From positions 82,648,001 to 82,712,000 of the forward strand of contig CM052816.1 in assembly GCA_028534125.1 (NCBI GenBank): a stretch of 64,000 bases of DNA, in the 5' to 3' direction. Position 1 is the first letter of the stretch; each line of letters opens with the position of its first letter. The DNA comes from Lama glama (lineage: Eukaryota). This document shows positions 39,152 through 52,908 of this stretch, one piece after another. Below the pieces are notes generated by a model, which worked only from the letters and a program-made list of their open reading frames with translations, searched no databases and was not told where the DNA came from. A program made the translations under genes and the position numbers.

Positions 39152-41790
39152 TGTCAATATGCTTTATATATTTAGGTACTCCTATATTAGGTGCACATGT
39201 TTACAAATGTTCTACCCTCTTCTTGGGTTGACCCTTTATCATTATATAATCTCCAGTTTTGTCCTTTATTATAGACTTCATTTTAAAGTCTACTTTGTCT
39301 AATATGAGTATTGCTACCTCAATTTTAGTTTTGTTTCCACTTGCATGGGTATATTTTTTCATCCCTTCACTTTTAGTCTGTGTCTTCAGCTCTGAAGTGA
39401 GTCTTGTAGGCAGCATATAGATGAGTCTTTTTTATCCAATAACTACACTATGTCTTTTGATTGGAACATTTATTCCATAGACATTTAAATTGATTATTGA
39501 GAGGTATGAACGTTTTGCCATTTTATTATTTGTTTTCTGGCTGTTTTTGTAGTTCTTCCCAGCTTGTTTCTTCTTTTAGTCTCTTCTCTTTTGATTTGAT
39601 GATTTTCTTTAATGTTATATTTGGACTCCTCTCTTTGTCTTTGTTGTCTGTGTATCTATTGAAAGCTTTTGGTTTGTAGTTACCATGAAGTTCATATTTC
39701 GACCTATAATTATATCTACTTGTTTTAAACTAATAGTCATTTAAATTCAAACACATTCTAAAAGATACACAATTTTTTATTTCCCCTACTCCATGTTTGG
39801 TGTTTTGATGTCATATTTTACATCTTCTCATCTGTCACTTCACTTTTTATTGTAGTTATAGTTGATTTTATGATTTTTGTCTTTTAACTTTCATAGTAGC
39901 TTAAAGTGGTTATTCCAATGCCTTTTACCAGTGATGTTTTCCCGTTCCTGTAATTTCTTATTTTAGCCTTTTCTTTTTCACTTAAAAAAGACCCCTTAAA
40001 ATTTCTTGTAAGGTTGGTTTAGCAGTAATGAACTCAATTTTTGCTTGTCTAGGAAACTTTTTTCTTCTTGAGTTCTAAATTCTAACCTGGTTGAATAGAG
40101 TATCCTTGGTGGTAGTTTTTTGTTTTTGTTTTTTCCCTTTCAACATTTTAAATATATCATGCTACTTCTTTCTGTCCTGCAAAGTTTCTTGTGAAAAGTC
40201 AGCTGATAGCCCAATGGAGGTTCCCTTTCTTGCCTGCAACTTTTTGTTTTTCTCTTGCTGCCTTTAAAATTCTCTTTAATTTTTGCCATTTTAATTATGA
40301 TACATTTTGGTATGTGTCTCTTTTGGTTCATTTTGTTTGTGACTTTCTGTGTTTTCTGGACTTGGATATCTGTTTCCTTCTGCAAGTTAGGGAAGTTTTC
40401 AGCTATAAGTTATAAAATACATTTTCTTCCCCTTTCTTTTTCTCTTGTTCTCCTGGGGCCCCTATAATGTTAGTATGTTTGCTGTTGTCTCAGAGGTCCC
40501 TTATAGAATCCTCATTAAATTTTTTTTCTTTCTGCTGTTCTCACTGGATGATTTAAACTATTCTGTCTTCCAGGTTGCTTTTGCATTCTTCTGTATCACC
40601 TAATCTCCTTTAATTCCTTCTAGTATATTTTTCATTTCAGTTATTGTATTCTTCAGGTCTGAGTGGTTCCTTTTCGTATTTTCTAGTACTTTGTTGAAGG
40701 TCTCACTGCATTCCTCTCTTATCTTCTCCAGGCCAGTTAGAATTTTTATTACAATTGCTTTAAACTCTGTAACAGGTAAGTCATCTATCTTTGTTTCCTC
40801 ACGGGTTTTTTTCCTGGGGTTTTATTATCTTGTTCTTTTCTTGGAAACATATTCCTCTGTTTTTCTCATTTTCTTTGGCTTCTCTGTTTATTCTCTATGA
40901 GATGAGGTGAAACAATTACCTATTCCAGTCTTGAAGGCATGTCCATGCATGGGAGAATCCTTATGCAATCTGCATATACCCAGCAGTTTTGGTGTGAATC
41001 TAAAGTAAGCATGGGTTGTGTCATCTCCTGAGGTGCACTGGCAATCACTGCCTTGGTGGTGACTAGGTCTGGAGCTGAAGAGGCTACAGCCAGAGACAGA
41101 TATGATCTGGGGCTTCTCCTCGACTCACTGGTGGTAGCCACCACACTGAGAGGTGTGCCAGAGGTCTTGGAGCCACGGTACAGAGCTGGCTTCATGCCTT
41201 CCTCAGTGAACCTGAAGGTGCCCTGGCAATGGTAGTCTCTGCCTTAGTGGGGAGCAATGCTAGAGCAAGAGAGGCTAGAGTTCCCAGTGCAGGCTGGAGA
41301 ACAGCCTAAGGCATCCTAGCAGGCCAGCCGGAACACTGGGCAGTTTTCAATCTGCTGAGTCTATGTTGGGAGTGGAGGCGAGCAAGTCTGTGTATGTGCT
41401 GTTAGGCGGATTCGCGGTTTCTAATAGCCCTCTGGTAAACCCAGGGGCCTGCAAGTGAGGAGAAGGGGCTTGTCTCCCTGGTGCTGATCACAGGGCTGAG
41501 GTATCAGATACAGAGTTTCAGCCTCTTGTTCCTTGGAGAGGATCTCTGACCCTGTGATATTCTCCTCCTCTGCTGGGTTCCCAGCTAGCTGTGTGGGTTC
41601 AGACTAAGTTGCTTCTCATCCCCTCCTACCTGACTCCATGGTTCTTTCTTTAAAGTCTTGGTTGTAGAAAGCCCTCTGCTAGTCTTCAGGTCATGATCAG
41701 GTAGAGTTGGTCTATATGTAGTTGTGGTTTTGATGTGTTCCTGAGGAAAGGTGAGCTCAGGGTCTTAGTCCACATTCTTTATTCCATATC
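39152..41790 (-). mobile_element. 5' part of an L1: 5' UTR, decayed ORF1 and N-terminal ORF2 endonuclease
   Basis: 40140-40385 translates KETDIQVQKTQKVTNKMNQKRHIPKCIIIKMAK (ORF1p). ATG at 39521 gives MAKRSYLSIINLNVYGINVPIKRH and 39201-39416 gives VAILILDKVDFK...GDYIMIKG (APE endonuclease). Frameshifts and stops present. Confidence 0.93.
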
Positions 41791-41799
41791 CTGTGGGTT

Positions 41800-43125
41800 T
41801 TTTTTTTTTTTTGTATGAAGTGACTTCTCAAGTCTTTTGTTAATTTTAAATAAGCTGCCTGCCTGTTTCTTATTAATTTTAGAGTCCTTCATTATTCTAG
41901 ATGTAAGTCTTTTTTGAATATATTTATTGAAAATTCCTTCTTACATATGGTTTACTTTTACTTTCCCATAATGGTGATTTTGACTAACAAAAGTTCTTAT
42001 TTTAATGTAGTCTAATCGTCATTTTTTTTCTTTAGCTAATGGTTTTTGTGTTTAATTTAACACACGTTTCTTACCCCAAGGCAAAGATGATATTGTTCTA
42101 TTTTCTACTAAAAAGTTTATTATCTAGCTTTCCAAATATTGTGAGGTAGTCATCAAAATCCATTTTCTCCATATGGAAATCCACTTCATTTCGTACTTTT
42201 TGATGGAAATTTCATTTTTTTACCAACTGCTTTAAAATGTAACCTTTGTCATAATGAAATAGACCATTATCTGTGGCCCTCTAATTTGTGTGACTGGGTT
42301 ATTTTCCTATCCTTCTACTTTTATTTTAAACACATTAATATGTAATTGTGTTAGTCCTCCACATTTTTCTGAGATCCTCTTGGCTATTTTTAGATGTATT
42401 TTTATTTGTTTATAAATTTTAGGAAACTTTTCAATTTCAGTAAAAGAACTTATGGTACTTTGATTGATAATGGATTTATTCTATAGATATCTTTGAGGGG
42501 AGTTGATGTAATATGATTATTAATTCTTTAAATTCTTGAAATTGTTATATTTAAGCTTTAAACATTTTTTCCTAATAATATTTTGTACTTTTCATCCAGA
42601 TATTAAGAATTATATTTATTCTCTAAAGATCTAGTGGATTTGATTCTTTTACAAATGCAATGGTTTTTAAAAAAAATGGCTATTTTGACAATTGACCTCT
42701 TCTTTAGAATGTTTTAGAGTCTTTTATTTTTCATATACGCAATCCTTTTATCTGTGGATAGCAAGTTTTGTTTCTTTCTAATCTATTTGTCTTTTGGTTA
42801 TTTTTTCTTATTGTTCTGATTAGCCACTCAACTACAACACTGAATAAAAGTAGTGACGGCAAGCAGTTGTGTCTCCTTCTCAGTCTCTGAGGGAAATACT
42901 TCCATCACGCACAATTAGGGTAATATTTACTTGCAAATAATCTTAAGCAGATTAAGGAAGATTCTTCCTATTGACAGTTTGTTACAAGTTTCAAGAGCCC
43001 TTGAATTTAAGCAAACATTTTTACTGCAACGATTGAGATTACTGTAGATTTTTCTTGTATTACGTTGTGATGAATTGCATTTATTGGCCATCAGTTGTAC
43101 GTTTTTTATATATTGTTAGATTTAG
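41800..43125 (-). mobile_element. Degraded L1ME-type ORF2 region
   Basis: T-rich strand with cattattctagatgtaagtc, aaaagttcttattttaatgtagtc, tgaataaaagtagtgac. Confidence 0.7.
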
Positions 43126-43370
43126 TTCCATTTCTGCCTAACATGTAGAAAGCTAGAAAAAACTTGGCTCTGACCTTAACAATTACAGAAATCTGAGTAA
43201 ACTACAAGATAGTATTTTTCTTGACCCCATCAGAGAGCTAAGGGAAACCAATAGCCTGAAACCTCGGGTGGGACAACTTTAATGAGAGCCAAGGCATGAG
43301 AACTGGTTCACCTGGGACAATGCCTGGGAGGCAACAGCCCTGGACACCATACAAGTGGGTAAAAGTCAAT
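43126..43370 (+). mobile_element. Old L1M 5' end fragment
   Basis: ttccatttctgcc...atgtagaaagctagaaaa...tttttcttgaccccatcagagagcta resembles L1M4-group 5' ends. Confidence 0.5.
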
Positions 43371-45171
43371 TAAATGTAATTCTTATGCAAAGGTCTTGAG
43401 GATTTTATAAAACTTGAAATTAGAGCCTAAAGTCAATCAGCTAGTTAGTGTCAGGTTCAACAAGTTAGTGACAGGCTTGTATAAATTCAGTGAATATGTC
43501 CTTGTGCAATTTTATGATGCAATCTTCCTTAATTTCAAATATCTATTGCTGAAATCATCATCATCTAAAGTATAGCCATTGAATGCTTTTGTGTGGTGGT
43601 GGGGGCACAGCGGAGCAAAGGAGAAGGCACTTGTTTTTGAGATAGTAATAAAGTCATCAATGCTGAGTGTATTTTATTAGAATATATCCTGTTATTAGTG
43701 TATCTGTGAATTACTGTATATTACCTATGCTGTTCCAGTCCACTTTGATTTTCTTGAAATAAAAGCAGCAGGATTTAATGGTTGCATTATTAAAATTCTT
43801 CAACCTACATGAACTAGGATATGATGGCTAAATAGTAAACAAGAAAAGTTTCCTGCAAAGATAGCAATCGCTGAAAATTTAGCTGAATTTCACTAAACTC
43901 TGAAGACTTTTAATTTTAAAACTAGGCCAAGAATGTCTCAAGATCAGATTTTAATAAAGGATTGCAAATACCACATTCCTCTAAATTTTGATGCAGCTAG
44001 CAAAACTGTAAGAATCTGAAAATGAAGAATATTTCCAAATAAAGCTATCTGATTATTTGCAAACATGTAAGTAAAAGAATTCTCATCCTCAATTCATTTA
44101 AAAATCTTGGAAAGTATTTTATTTTACCTGCAGATGTTCCTGTATTTCTGGTTATCATTATATATTTCTTCCCATGGATGGTTCAAAGGAAGAAATATAT
44201 TCATAACTTTTGAAATATACTTGAAAGGGAATCTTGGACAACATTCTTTGACAATGCTTTTAGCCAGTGCTAGAGAGAGCAGAAAGTATTCAAATTCCCC
44301 AGATGACGACAACCCAAGCCAGTTCATTCAAACTATTGTGAAAAATATACTGGCTGCTCCTATTACTGGACTCTGCAGCTATGACATCTAGGCTGCTTGA
44401 ATCTGTGAACATCTCAGTTATTTACATTATTATGACCCCACAAGTAGGAAATCTAATGATTCTACCATAACATCCCAAATATTGAACTTTCTCGCTCAAC
44501 ATAATCTCTTGGCACACCAAGACTATCCCCTTGAATTTTCAGCACTATCCACTGAACAGTCATCTTTAAATCCCTCCCTGTCCTTTCAAGAATTTCATCT
44601 AATTAGACCACTAATTGTCCCACATCTCATTACTCTTTATTTTACATACATGTGAGTTTTATTCAATAAGAGAGAAGAGAATGCAGGTATTAGAAACAGA
44701 TATTAGAAATCCAAGGTGAGAGATCCAGTCTAAAATGTAAAACTTGTATGTTTAATTTTTAACAAAGGTGGCTGGAAATGGAGAACACAAGGATAGTGAG
44801 AGAAGCACTGTTGTACTTACTCTGGTTATGGGAAGCAGAGGACAGGTTTCACCGGGATTCACGAATCATATTGGAAAGATGCTGTCTGTCTCTGGAATAG
44901 CAGAGAAGGAGAAAGCCTTATGGTTATGCATTACTCCATCTTTAGATTTCCATAGATGTCTTCTACAACATGTGGCCTAAGAAAATCCAATTCATTTAAT
45001 AATTAATTAAGAAAAAAGAGGTAGTGCATAAGGGAAAATGTAGATAAACTTGCACAAAACTTGCCAAAATTTATTAATACTGATCAGAAGAATTTTTCAT
45101 AGGGAAAATAAAAATTGAAGCCAAATATTCTTCTGGAAGAAGAAGAAAGAGGAGGATGAGAAAAAGAAGTT

Positions 45172-45820
45172 TTTGGTAATTTTATGTGTCAGCTTGGCTG
45201 GGCCATGATACTAGATATTTGGTCAAACACAAGTTTGGGTGTTGTTGAGAAGATTGTTTTCGGATGAGATTAACATTAAAGTCAACAGACTGAGTAAAGC
45301 AGATTGCCTTCCACAGTGTGGGTGGGCCTCATCCAATCAGCTGAAGGCCTTAGGAGAAAAGACTGTGTTCTCCTTTCAAAGAAGGAATTTTGACTTCACA
45401 CTGTCTTTGAACTCACTGTCTTTGAGCTGCAATATCAACTCTTCCTTGGGTCTCTAGCCTGTGCCTCTGCAGATTTTTTGTTGTTGTTGTTACAAAAGTA
45501 AAAATGTAATTAGTGTCAGGAGAGAAGTTACAATAAAGTACAAGTTTGAAAAATCTAATATTACAAACTTCACAAAATCCACCAAAAGAAGGCATGCTGC
45601 CTTTTATTAATTAATTGCCTGGCATGCATCTATGATAGTTTCTTTCTAGATTTTTTAGCTTTAGTCATTTCTATTTTATCTATATAGGAATAGAAAGATA
45701 ATTCTGTCTTCATCTAGCATGCTGATTGAAAATTGTATTTTTGTTGATAGTTCCTGCAGATTTTGAACTTGCCAACCTCCACGATCATATGAACTATTCC
45801 TTAAACTAAATCTCTCTTTC
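45172..45820 (+). mobile_element. MLT2 (ERVL) solo LTR interrupted by a retroposed insert
   Basis: taattttatgtgtcagcttggctgggcc...gtgggtgggcctcatccaatcagctgaaggcc; resumes ctgcagattttgaacttgcc. Confidence 0.9.
45478..45753 (-). other. L1-mediated retroposed non-repeat sequence (orphan transduction or mRNA fragment)
   Basis: Perfect 11-bp TSD ctgcagatttt (45467-45477, 45754-45764); (CAA)n/A tail on the minus strand; TTTT/GA target site. Confidence 0.7.
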
Positions 45821-47584
45821 TCTATATATGCATACACACAAATATACATATATTCATATCTATATGTATATATATGAAAGAAGGAAGAGAGAGAAAAAGA
45901 AAGAAAAGGGAGGGAAAGAACATGCACAAAGCTCTATCACATGATAAACTTAAACCAAAGTTTATATTCTGTATTTGAGTTGAACCTTTATTTTTTTTCT
46001 CCTGCTTTTATGAACTGAAAAAAGGTCTACAAAAACACACAAAAATAGTTCAAATAAATAGTTTAAATGAATTTATTTAATTCAGTCTACCAATTACTTT
46101 TTAATAAGATAATGTTCCACTTTTTAGAATATTGTGTCATGTAAATGTAACTGATTTGTGCTTTGAGTGATTATAAGGTCACTGAATGATCTGAAAACAT
46201 GTTTTGGCAAAATAAAATATTTCAACATTGCTTAATTTCTAGCATGATAAAACTGTAATTGAAAAGATGGATATTACTTCAACAATAGAGAGCTTTTCAG
46301 AGTAGATTTTAAACTTGTGAAAGGAAATGAAGAATTAGATAATACCTTAGGTCTCTTGTCTGCAAACAAGTTTTTTGCATGAAATGTATACATTTGGCCA
46401 GCATAATTTTCATCCTCTGTTAGAAAACCTTGATTTTATTGCAGTGATTTTTTAATACAAAATAAATGACTTTTAACTCCATTTGAGGAGGGGTAGGATA
46501 TTTACGGGGAAAGAGCTTTAAGAAGGCTCAAGGGGAAATGTCAGTAACTGCTCGAGAAGAATGGAAATGTCATTTTGCATTTAAAAAAAAAACCATGATC
46601 ACAACTTTGCTGTGAAATTCACAAAACCTTTTATGGCAAGGGAAAACTTAACTTGATTAAGTGGCACAAGACATAGATGTATATCAAATCATAACCACAG
46701 TGCCTACCAGAGAAATGTTCATTGACACCCAGGGAAGACAAGCCCTTTAATACTGCAGTGCTGTTTGCACTTGTATTTGAGTGGAAATGCACCACAAGGA
46801 CTACAACATTAAACTCTGTCAATTCTTGAATTTCAATTGTCTGCATGAGTAAGCATTGTTTCCTAATAATAGCCAGAAATAGTGTTTTCAGTTGGAAACA
46901 CTTTTCCTGTAGATGGAAAGAAATACTATTTATGTCCTTAAGAAATGTGAACACCCCTTGTAAAACTCTACTTCCCCCAGTGCTCAGTTATATCAAGACT
47001 CTAGATTTATAGCCAGTAAGCTGAGAAGTTTGATGTAACAGTAAGTGCACTTCTCATCATATGAACTGAATACCTGTCTATTGAGTGAAGTAATAAATAT
47101 GTGGGAAAATATTTTTAAATAAAGTTTTTAATTATTATTCATTTGTGTAATATACATGTATATATTTGCACTATTTCATTGTCACTATATAACTGAATGC
47201 AAAATACATCTCTGATTGCTATGTTCTGGAGGACCCTACCTCAATTTTTCTTCAGGGAATACTATTGCCTATGGCAAACTGTAGCATTTCTTTTCAGAAT
47301 GTTACCCAAAAAGAAGTAGTTTGAGGCAAGAATACTAGGAAAGAGTTACCATTCGAGTTGACTTGAGGAGCAGACTTCACCCTTGGGGGTGCCTGATTCA
47401 GTATAGAAAGATCCAGTAATGTGACATGTATGCTGGGTACATTAATATAACACTAAAATAAAGAGAAATGAGCCTTTGGTGCTAACTGAAAATTTAGACT
47501 AGAATGTACCCTCTCATATTAGAGAACACTTTTATATGCTTGTGGGGAAATTACTTTATACATAAGATATGTCATGTTCTTTTC

Positions 47585-47975
47585 CTTTATGACTGTTAGG
47601 ATTCAGTTCCAACTGAAACCGGAGTACGACTCAGGGCTGGTTTGGTACGTCATGGTGCCAGAGATCTCAAGTCCTTCTATTTTGTAGCACTGCTATGTGT
47701 GGCACTCCATGGTCACTCAATGGTCCAAAAAACCATTCCAGCCCTAACTAGATTGGTTACATACAGCTAGCAGGAAGGCTAGCTACAAAAGGGGCAATGG
47801 ATGTACACCAGCCATCTCAATAAAACCTAGACAGTTGCCACACTGTACTTCTAAGCACATATCATTGCGGACAACGTAGGCACAGAAACACACAAGCCTG
47901 CAAAGAAGGCTAGAAAATGCTGTCTTTATTATGGCAGCTCAAATGCTCTGCTAACATGTATGTATGTTCAGAAGA
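47585..47975 (-). mobile_element. MLT1J/K-like LTR remnant
   Basis: tcagggctggtttgg...catatcattgcggacaacgtaggcaca...ctgcaaagaaggctagaaaatg. Confidence 0.6.
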
Positions 47976-48319
47976 ACGAGAACATGGATTTCTTTGGAAT
48001 AACTTTTTCTGTTGATTTTTTTCTAGGATACTAATGATAGGTTTGTGAATATCCTTTTTAAGATTATTTATATGCCAGTTCCCCTCATCCAACCACAGAC
48101 TCCTCTAGGGTTTAAGATTTGTTTTAAAGATCATGTTTTTCCTTAGTGCCTAGTGATGTGCCTTGATTTTACCACATGCTCAAAAATTCATTGAATTTCA
48201 ATGACTTCTTTGTTGATTTTTTAATAAAAGTTTTATATGTACATGATAAATAATATTTCTCAAAATCCAAAGATAATAAATGGAAAATGAAGCATTATTT
48301 TAATTTTATTATTTAAAAA

Positions 48320-48575
48320 ATTTTTAAATTGAAGTATAGCTGATTTATAATATTATATTGGTTTCAGGTGTACAACAGTGATTCAAGATTTTTATAGATA
48401 ATACTCCTTTTAAAGTTATTACAAAATAATAGCTATATTTCCCTGTACTGTATCCTTGTTGTTTATTTATTTTACATATTAGTTTGTGTCTTTTATCTCT
48501 TATCTCTTATGTCCTATTTCACCCCTCCCCACTTCTCTCTAGTCACTGGTAACCACTAGTTTGTTCTCCTTATCT
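48320..48575 (-). mobile_element. Cetartiodactyl-type L1 3' end
   Basis: aattgaagtatagctgatttataatattatattggtttcaggtgtacaac...ctggtaaccactagtttgttctc. Confidence 0.85.
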
Positions 48576-48739
48576 GAAACTCTTCTCATTTTTATTTGTT
48601 TTGGTTTTTACCACCAAACTCCAACTAATGTGTTCATTTACGAGAGATAAGGAATTTGTTCCGTTAATGCTAATGCTGACCTTGCCATTGCAACTAAGTT
48701 TTCTAAATTACACTTTAATCTGTAGCCCTTCCATTAATA

Positions 48740-49162
48740 TTATTGCAGATGGGTTTTCTAGGAAGCAGATTCTGAGATGGAGATTTGTGTGCAGGAAGTG
48801 TATTAGGAGGTATTCTGACAACCACAATCTGTGGTAGAAGGGAAGGAAGAAAGCAGGCAGGAGAAACAGCGAGGCTGCCACGAAAGCTTGCAGGAAGCCC
48901 TTGCAGGCGCCGTTGCAAGCTCTGAAGCTGGCATGGTCTCAAGTTGTCTCTGTTTGGGGCATTAAGGCTGGCAATTTACACCCCCACACTAACCAGTCAT
49001 GCAGTTTGCTCCCAAGAAAGGTGTGTGACGCTAAGGTAGGGTGACTCTTTCTCGGCAAAGGTCAGGTCTTGGCGTTGGCAGCAGCTGATTACGACCAGCT
49101 GCTGCAGTCCCAGCAGGGAGGGGCTGAGGCAGGATCCAAGCAGTGCACCACTGTGTCCACTC
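48740..49162 (-). mobile_element. LTR16-family solo LTR
   Basis: gggttttctaggaagcagattctgagatggagatttgtgtgcaggaagtgtatt is the reverse complement of the LTR16 3' end. Confidence 0.75.
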
Positions 49163-49289
49163 TACTTTATAATTTTAACTAAGGGATAAAACCTTCATTT
49201 TTGTTCCCTGATCTTTTAACTACATTTCTTGACTCTTCTATAAATGCCTTAAACATAAGATTATCTTTTCTCTAATGTAAACAAAGACA

Positions 49290-49640
49290 GAAACAGAAAG
49301 TGACTATGGTGATTTAGAATACAGTCACCTTCTATCCCTCGGCTCTTTCTTTTGTAGCTCTGGTTTCCATGTTCCAGATTATTTCACATCCAAAGTGGAT
49401 GTTGGGACTCCATTCGGTTACATTCCAGGCAGCAGAAAGAAAGAACCAAAAAGGATGTCCCAGCTGAGCACTCTTTACCTAACAAACTCTTCTAAATATT
49501 TCTGGGAATAGACTCAGTCACATGGCACATTTAGCATCAAGGAAGACCAAGGGAGGTCAACTTTAAGCTGAATATACTGCAACACTGAAATAACTCTGGG
49601 TCTGTTACTGCAGAAGAAGGGGGCATTGAATATGAGAAAC
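49290..49640 (-). mobile_element. MLT1K-like LTR remnant
   Basis: acattccaggcagcagaaag...actcagtcacatggcaca...ctctgggtctgttact. Confidence 0.55.
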
Positions 49641-52600
49641 TAAGTCTCTAAATATATATATACACATGTATATATATGTATATGCTTATATGTTTATATA
49701 TAATTTTCTTTAGCTCTGGCAAGCAATAATCAAATGTTTGTTCTAATTGATTTTAAATGTTGCTCTTCATTATGTGATAATTGAATAACTGTTTTAAATG
49801 TTATATTTAATATGATTTATAACATTGATGAAAAATAGTTCAAAAGCATGGTATTCTACTTACCTCTATCTGAAGCCTCTGTTATTTAGAAAGAAAATTT
49901 GTGTTAAGCTCTGCCACCCAGGTAACTCAAATTGCAAGTGAATTGTCTAAAAACAAAAATAATAACAGTGCTCTCCTGTGTGAAAAATTTTAAAATCCAA
50001 AGGCACAAAATGTTGGGGACTATTAAAATACTGGAATGATGAAATCTTGATGCGCTTGGGAGGGAATAGACAAAGCACCCTTGCCTAAAAATTACTTGAT
50101 AATGAAATACAGATGGTAAGATATAAAAAAGAGATATTACCAAAGGAAAGGAAAAGTTATTAAAATAGTTTTGAGAATATATATTCCTTTACTTAACAGA
50201 ACTTCATTCCTGTTCAATAAGTGTAAGATAAGCTACTGTTTAGATAGGCTTGTAAAATAAGGAAGAGTTGAAAAGTTTCACTGTATTTAGGAAGTATGGC
50301 AAGGAGAAAAATGAAACAGCTGCTCAAAGGGAAGGGTATCAACAGTACCCTTATTTAATTAAAATATAATACAATGACATATAATGTACCATTTGTCAAT
50401 GATTACAGTGTTTAAATTAGTCCTAAACCAAAAATCTTCTCATTGTCATCGTATTATGAATTTTTGTCAGGTAAAAAGCCAAATTCCAAAGTAAGGAATG
50501 TAAAATGGGAAGTGTTCCAAAGAAAGAGGTGAGTTGCATACAGCGTAGAAAAATAAAAATCTAGAAACTTAACAATTAAGGAAGGAATGATTTAATAAAC
50601 CTTCGAATATATGAAAGGCTTTGTGAAAGTATGGTAATCAATATTTTTTCTTCTATTGAAGATGGAACAAAAGAAACTAGGCTTAATATTAAGCATGACG
50701 GATTTGAGTTAGCGAGTAGTAAAATATTTTCTGACAGTGAGAAAGTTGCAGTGAATCTCTTTCGAAGGTCTTTTAAAGAATAGATTCTTTCTTTTTTCTT
50801 GTTCTTTATGCACTGTCTGATGATTGCAAATCTAGGTGACATGATCCATTTTTACACTTATGATCTTATTATATATATTATGGCTTGTGTATAAACATCC
50901 TCACTAAAACTCCTTCCATGAAGTTAAAATAATCTTTTATAGGCAAAAGTTTATATTAAAATATGAAATGACACGAGAATTCTATTTAGTATGATCCATT
51001 CTAAGTACATCATTTAAAAATTTGGACCATTAACAGAACTAAGAAGAGATCGAAACCAAACATGAAAACTAAAAGACAGCATTCTTTAATATGTTTTGCA
51101 AGAGTTGTTGAATATTTTAAGGTTCATCCTTTCTAAAGATGAATGTCAATTTAAAAATCTTTACAAGTGCATAGGATATGATGGCAAACCTTTTGTGACA
51201 GTAAAAAAAAAAAAAACCTGTATCTTTTTCAGGCTTGTTCGAAATTCATGGTTTCTTCTCAGCAACTCAGAGGCACTCTCATGAGCTATTCTCACTTAGG
51301 AAGAAAACAAAACTTACTTTTCCAAAGATTTTTCAAGTGCAACCACCCATCAGGAAGGAGATTCTTTACGTGATTCTATGAGGTCTATTTCCACCCAGGC
51401 TGCCAAACTTGATTAAACTTTCTAAAAATAGAATATCCCAGAGCAGCCTTCTGTACCCATAAGTTTCAACAGTAAAAATGACAGGATAAAATTTACTATT
51501 ATTCATCTAACTTAGACTTTAAAATGGCTCTTTAAAAAAAAGTTGCATTTAATGGAGAGTCTTTTGGTCTGAGGTCATTGAGGGCAGAATAGGCTGAATG
51601 TGTATAAAGGACAAGAAAATATTTCTTTTTGAGGCTAGTAGTCTAAATTAATTTAGTTTAAACTGATAATGAATTACAAAAACTTTCTAAAGTTAAGTTC
51701 GAAGACTGTAAATTGGATCTTTGAAATATCTGTACATATCGTAATTGCATGAAGCATATTTTTCAGACTGCCTGCAAAAAATCATTTTGTTTATCTTCCT
51801 CAGGCTAAGATTTTTTTCTTTTGCTTAGGAAAATTCTCATAAGCTTCCCATTCTGACTTAAAGCGCTTTCATGAGATTTAGGCTTTGGGCATGATCGAAG
51901 ATGCAAGAGGCTGGATTTTAGCTGTCCTTGATAATTACTTCTGAAAAGCAAGGAGTAATTCTATCAGCTTTCTGAAAAGGGTACAAATCTTGATGCTATC
52001 AGATATTGTGTGTGCTGAAACAACTAGAGAAAGGAAAGCAAAGCGTCTATTTTGTCTTATTTAGATTACTTAACTGCACTCATGCATTTTCTCTGGTTTG
52101 TACCTGTAAACATACGCAGGAGGAACAAAGCTCATGTAATTTTAAATCCTGAGCACAATGCTGTAGTCTTCAGGATTCAATCAACTCTTGGATCTGAGAG
52201 GACTTACTAAAGAAGTCCTGTTAAAAACTATTAGCAAGGGAGCAAGTGCCAAATGAGGTCAATGTTCAAAGCATGAGAGAGAAAACAAGGAAATAGAACA
52301 GTATTAAGGTTCATGGAAACCTGTCGTGGCTCACTTGGGTTTACTTGGAATTGAGAAATCATCTTCATTTAACTAACAGAAATATTGAGGTTGTTAGTGT
52401 GTCTCATTCTCACCGATAGTTGACATGTAAGTTGACATGTAGGGAATGTATAATTCTCATTTATTCTCTGATATGTTCCTAAAACTGGAAGCTTGCGAAA
52501 ACTGTAATTCAATTAGGCAAATCATTTTTAGATTCATTAGACAATGTATTCATCTCAAATTCATATTTTTAGTGACTAGCTTTGTTAATGGAAATGAAGT

Positions 52601-52908
52601 AAAGCAGTGAACAAAAATAAAAATCTGACTTTCCTGGATTTTCAAATCGAGATCATTTTGAGGTGCAGAATTTGAGAAAATGATAGAGATGACAAAATGC
52701 AAAATGATCTAGCTAGAAAAACTCATTCAGAATTTATCACAGGTTGGACTGATTTATACCAATGTGAAGGGAATTATACCAAAACCCTCTACAGCAGTGC
52801 TTTGCAAAACTTTCAAACTCCAACATGTTCAAAAAATGATAATATTCATATGGTAAGCTGGAAGAGATCTGCATAATTCTATATTGGGCTCGGTTAAAAA
52901 AAGAAAGA

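Noticed and set aside
39201..40385. L1 ORF1/ORF2 peptides as active or domesticated genes
   Set aside because: Fragmented by frameshifts and stops; no RT domain.
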